DNA of 64,000 nucleotides from an uncultured Candidatus Binatia bacterium. GTDB taxonomy: Bacteria; Desulfobacterota; Binatia; UBA9968; JAJDTQ01. The notes beneath the pieces are model-generated. The model made no database searches. It was not told the DNA's origin and saw only the letters and a program-made list of their open reading frames with translations. The DNA is taken from assembly GCA_965213675.1 (NCBI GenBank), contig OZ243916.1, positions 3,360,001 through 3,424,000 on the forward strand. Direction: 5' to 3'. Shown piece after piece: positions 60,262 to 64,000 of this stretch; within the stretch, counting starts at the first letter, position 1; the number at the start of each line of letters is the position of its first letter. Made by a program: the position numbers and the translations under genes.

Positions 60262-61590
60262 ATGACCGCAATGTTGTTGCGTTGGGCAGTGAACATGTCG
60301 GTTTTGTGGGCATCGTGCGCCGTTATTGGGGTGGCGTTGTTGTCGGTTATTCCGCTACACGGGCAAAATGTTCCCGGCAGCCTCGTGTTGAGCGTCGATG
60401 CCGGCCAGAGTCGTATGCTCAGGTTGGACACGCCGGCCGGTACTGTGTCACTTACGGACCCAGCTATCGCCGACGTACAGGTCGTCTCTTCCGATGTTCT
60501 TCTGGTGTACGGCAACGTCGCTGGCCGAACCTCCTTGGTGGTGCTTGGGATTGACGGCCAACTTGTGGGTCGCTGGACGGTGGTGGTGACGGTGGAGTTG
60601 GAATCGGTGCGCTCGGCCCTCTCGGAGGACCGGGAACTCGGCGATGTGAAGGTTCGCCCGTGGCGCCAGGGAGTCGAACTTATCGGCGTAGTCGACTCAC
60701 CGGAGGCGGCGGAACGGGCTTTGCAGTTGGCCCGAGCGTCTTTGCCCGAGAAGTTCACGGTCGTCAACCGCCTCTCCATTACGAGTTCGCAACAGGTCAA
60801 TCTTGAGGTGCAGATCGCCGAGGTGCAGCGGACCGTAACCGAGCAGCTTGGCATCAACTGGCAGGCCATGAGTACCCAGGGTGACGGGTTGTTAGGCTTT
60901 CGCGTGGGACGTCCATTGCGCGAAGCTGTGGAGAACGAGTTCGGGGCGGCGTCGGCAGCCGGTCAGGCCCTGTCGCTGTTCGGCTCTTATCACTCACCGG
61001 GCAGTTCCGCCTCGGTGCGGGGCCTGATCGACGCTTTGGCTACTGCGGGCCTCGCCACCGTGCTGGCACGGCCCAACGTCACCGCGGTATCGGGCGAAAC
61101 TGCAAGCTTCTTTTCCGGCGGCGAGTATCCCCTGCCGAGTGGCATTGACAACGGTCAGGTGACCTTCAGCTACAAGAAATACGGCGTGTTGCTCGATTTC
61201 GTCCCGACGGTGATCGACAATGATCGGATCTCTTTGACCGTGCGACCGGAAGTCTCCCAGCGGGTCAGTACGGATTCGCTCAGGATTTTCGATGCGGAAA
61301 TCCCGGTCATCGACGTGCGCCGCGCCGAGACCACCATCGAAGTGGGGAACGGCGAATCCATCGTCATTGCCGGGCTCTATCGTAATCAGAGCGACACCAA
61401 CGAAACAGGTGTGCCCGGGCTCAAGGACGTGCCAGCGCTGGGCGTTCTTTTCGGCGGCAGGACGGTCCGTTCCAACTCCACCGAGCTCATTGTCGTGGTG
61501 ACCGCGCGTCTGCTTTCGTCTACTGGCGCGCGCTCCGAGGACACGACACGGCAAGCGTTGAGTCGCCGGGTGCAGGGCTACCATTACTGA
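60262..61590 (+). CDS. cpaC: Tad secretin RcpA/CpaC
   Basis: DPAIADV, QVNLEVQIAEV, SGETASF..GGE, PGLKDVP.LG.LF and TELIVVVT. Confidence 0.9.
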   Translation: MTAMLLRWAVNMSVLWASCAVIGVALLSVIPLHGQNVPGSLVLSVDAGQSRMLRLDTPAGTVSLTDPAIADVQVVSSDVLLVYGNVAGRTSLVVLGIDGQLVGRWTVVVTVELESVRSALSEDRELGDVKVRPWRQGVELIGVVDSPEAAERALQLARASLPEKFTVVNRLSITSSQQVNLEVQIAEVQRTVTEQLGINWQAMSTQGDGLLGFRVGRPLREAVENEFGAASAAGQALSLFGSYHSPGSSASVRGLIDALATAGLATVLARPNVTAVSGETASFFSGGEYPLPSGIDNGQVTFSYKKYGVLLDFVPTVIDNDRISLTVRPEVSQRVSTDSLRIFDAEIPVIDVRRAETTIEVGNGESIVIAGLYRNQSDTNETGVPGLKDVPALGVLFGGRTVRSNSTELIVVVTARLLSSTGARSEDTTRQALSRRVQGYHY

Positions 61591-61635
61591 GCGCTTCGGC
61601 AACACCCCGAGACGCTATTCCAGGAGACACTGTTC

Positions 61636-61956
61636 ATGTGCGCTTCTTCACGAATTGCGCGAGCGTCGCTGGTACTCCTTGTTGCAGGAGGGACTGCCGT
61701 GGCGGGTTGTGCGCCGTCATCCCTTGATGCCGAGCGGGCGGCCTTGATGGATCCGGCGGGAAGAGCAGGCCGCGATGCATCCCACGCGCGGCTCGCGCTG
61801 GCCGAAGACTTGGCGCGCCAAGGGCTGAGCTTGTCCGCGGACGCGCGGTTGCGGCCCACGCCTTCCCGTGGCGCTCCCCATCAAGCCTATCTCCGATGGC
61901 TCAGAGGGGCAGTACGAGAGTTGTCGGGCGGCGAGTCAGGTGGCGGCACCGAATAG
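61636..61956 (+). CDS. Small lipoprotein of the tad locus
   Basis: Signal peptide with VAGC lipobox. Confidence 0.55.
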   Translation: MCASSRIARASLVLLVAGGTAVAGCAPSSLDAERAALMDPAGRAGRDASHARLALAEDLARQGLSLSADARLRPTPSRGAPHQAYLRWLRGAVRELSGGESGGGTE

Positions 61957-61970
61957 CACAGTGCTGACCC

Positions 61971-63143
61971 ATGGAGGCGGGAAACCAGCAGATATGCGCG
62001 TTTGCGGTGGACGCCCGCACCGAGGCGCTCCTGTTTGACGTCCTGGGCGACGACAAGGGCGCGACGGTGCATCGCGGCGACATGGCCGCGGTCATCAAGC
62101 ACTTGACCGGCGCACCCTCGCCAAAAGTCGTGATCGTCGATCTCGACGGCAGCCCGTTCCCTGCCGGGCGCATACACGAGTTGGCCGGAGTGTGCGAGTT
62201 TGGCACCAAGGTTATCGCGCTAGGTTCCAACGATACCGCTCGTCTCGCCCGTGAGTTGCTCTCGGCCGGCGTCAGCGACTACCTTCCAAAACCAGTCTCG
62301 GCGCGCGAAGTTCGCGAGGCTGTCAGCTTGGCTCTCGACGTTGAGGGCGAGGCCAACTCCGGGCGCATGCATGCCGGGCGCGTCATCGCCTTCAGGGGGT
62401 GCGGCGGCGGCTGCGGCGCCACCACGTTGGCGGCGGTCACCGTGCGCGCTTCCGCAGCTCGGGGCAGCTACGTTGCCGCGCTGGACCTTGGCCGCGTCTT
62501 CGGCGCCTTGCCGTGGATGCTTGATGTCGAGCCCACGGCAGGTCTTGCCGAGTTGCTGGAGGCGGCGGCCGCCAGCGGGGTTGCCAGCATGGAAATGCTT
62601 GATTCGGTGAGCGCTTCCGCGGGTCCACGGATCTCGGTTTACGGCTACCGATCCAGCGAAGGAGTGCCGCCGGAACCCAGTCTGGACGCGGTGCAGTGGC
62701 TTACCGAGCACCTTGCCAATCGTTCGCATCTGGTGGTGGTGGACGGCATGTTGGATGCCGACACACTGTTCCCGGTGCTCGAAAACGCGGATGAGCGGGT
62801 GCTGGTCTACGAACCCACCTTGGTGAGCCTGAGCCGGTTGACGCACACGCTGGTTTTGATGGGCGAGGGCAGGGACGCCATCCTGGTGCAGAACCACACC
62901 CGGGGACGGAAGAGTGCCCTGTCGTCCAGCCAGATACGCGACGCGTTAGCCGGGCGCGAGCCCGACTTGATCATTCCCTTCGAGGCCAAGCTGCCCTCGG
63001 CCACGGACCGGGGCAGTCCCTATGAATCTCTGGGGAAGGAGTACCGCACGGCCCTTGACAAGCTCATCGACAAGCTCACGCGGCGCACGATATCGCTGGC
63101 CGACGCCTCCGGTCCGTTGTTCGCTGTCCCCGGTTCACGATAA
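61971..63143 (+). CDS. cpaE: CpaE/TadZ pilus assembly protein
   Basis: Pseudo-receiver (GVSDYLPKP) plus MinD-like GGCGATT. Confidence 0.85.
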   Translation: MEAGNQQICAFAVDARTEALLFDVLGDDKGATVHRGDMAAVIKHLTGAPSPKVVIVDLDGSPFPAGRIHELAGVCEFGTKVIALGSNDTARLARELLSAGVSDYLPKPVSAREVREAVSLALDVEGEANSGRMHAGRVIAFRGCGGGCGATTLAAVTVRASAARGSYVAALDLGRVFGALPWMLDVEPTAGLAELLEAAAASGVASMEMLDSVSASAGPRISVYGYRSSEGVPPEPSLDAVQWLTEHLANRSHLVVVDGMLDADTLFPVLENADERVLVYEPTLVSLSRLTHTLVLMGEGRDAILVQNHTRGRKSALSSSQIRDALAGREPDLIIPFEAKLPSATDRGSPYESLGKEYRTALDKLIDKLTRRTISLADASGPLFAVPGSR

Positions 63144-63173
63144 ACGGGATACGTTGGCCAGGAGAGACCCACG

Positions 63174-64000
63174 ATGGCCTTGAGATCATTCGGGCGCCGC
63201 CCCAAGGCGGAGGAGGAGCCCAAGGGTGAGGCCGTGGCGGCGGCTGTCGCGGCGCCCATTGTCACCCCAACTCCCACTCGGTTACAGACCCCGGACACGA
63301 CCATCGCCGAGATCGCGGCAAGGTTGCATCCGGTGGTTACCCGCGCCATCGACATGACCGAGGCGGCCAAGCTCCGTCCGGACGAACTCGCGACCCAGCT
63401 CCAGGGCTTTCTCGAACGGGAAGGGACAGAGGAAACCCAGGCGCTGACCCCCTTCGACCGGCGGCGGGTGGTCACCGCCCTGATCAACGACATCAAGGGC
63501 CTGGGGCCCCTCGAACCGCTGTTCCAGGATCCCGCCGTCTCCGACATCCTGGTCAACGGCCTTCGCTCGGTCTACGTGGAACGGCGCGGAAAACTGACCC
63601 AGGTGGACATCAAGTTTCGCGACGGCCAGCATCTGCTACGCATCGCGCAGCGCATCGCCGGCTGGGTCGGGCGGCGTGTGGACGAGTCCAGCCCCATGGC
63701 GGATCTCAGGCTTCCCGACGGCAGCCGCGTCAACATCATCATACCGCCGCTGGCCATCGACGGTCCCACCATCTCCATCCGGCGCTTTCTTTTGAGAGGC
63801 CTCACCCTGGAGGACTTGGCGACATCCGGGATGATCGCGCCGGCCATGGTGGCGCTGCTCCGGGTCTGCGTCAAGGCGCGCTTGAACGTCCTCATTTCCG
63901 GCGGCACCGGGGCGGGCAAGACCACGTTGATGAATACCCTGACCAGCGAGATAAGTCCCGACGAGCGCTTGGTCACCATCGAAGACGCCGCCGAGCTGCA
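63174..64000 (+). CDS. cpaF: CpaF/TadA ATPase, truncated by the window end
   Basis: GLGPLEPL, DILVNG, RLPDGSRVN, SGGTGAGKTT and TIEDAAEL. Confidence 0.92.
   Translation, partial: MALRSFGRRPKAEEEPKGEAVAAAVAAPIVTPTPTRLQTPDTTIAEIAARLHPVVTRAIDMTEAAKLRPDELATQLQGFLEREGTEETQALTPFDRRRVVTALINDIKGLGPLEPLFQDPAVSDILVNGLRSVYVERRGKLTQVDIKFRDGQHLLRIAQRIAGWVGRRVDESSPMADLRLPDGSRVNIIIPPLAIDGPTISIRRFLLRGLTLEDLATSGMIAPAMVALLRVCVKARLNVLISGGTGAGKTTLMNTLTSEISPDERLVTIEDAAEL

Overview
GC-rich bacterial window. It opens with housekeeping genes (serine hydrolase, mpl, IscA/ErpA, a Zn-dependent dehydrogenase, rsmD, coaD) and an initiator-type tRNA-Met. A decaying accessory island follows the tRNA (~5.7-44 kb). It carries nested IS21, IS3 and serine-recombinase elements, an AbiE type IV TA pair, an 8.4-kb block of two back-to-back ubiquitin-like conjugation modules, a lipase, several degraded TA loci, an IS5, a lexA-imuA-imuB-dnaE2 cassette, a YhaO/YhaN-like nuclease-ATPase pair and two rpn copies. 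The window ends with a membrane glycosylation cluster (2 GT2, 2 GT-C-like, 2 TMTC-like TPR proteins), a histidine kinase, a sigma54 activator and a Tad/Flp pilus operon. The best candidate for an undescribed system is 13618-21994. Module A has a 64-aa protein with no recognisable ubiquitin fold ending ..LGGEYG-RGGIRA, then an E2, a Phd-antitoxin/E2 fusion, an E1 lacking the usual catalytic Cys, a JAB peptidase and a ComEC-like MBL. Module B has an MBL ending ..TYG-CGK and a single E2-E1-JAB-patatin polypeptide. All calls come from reading motifs by eye; no database searches were run.
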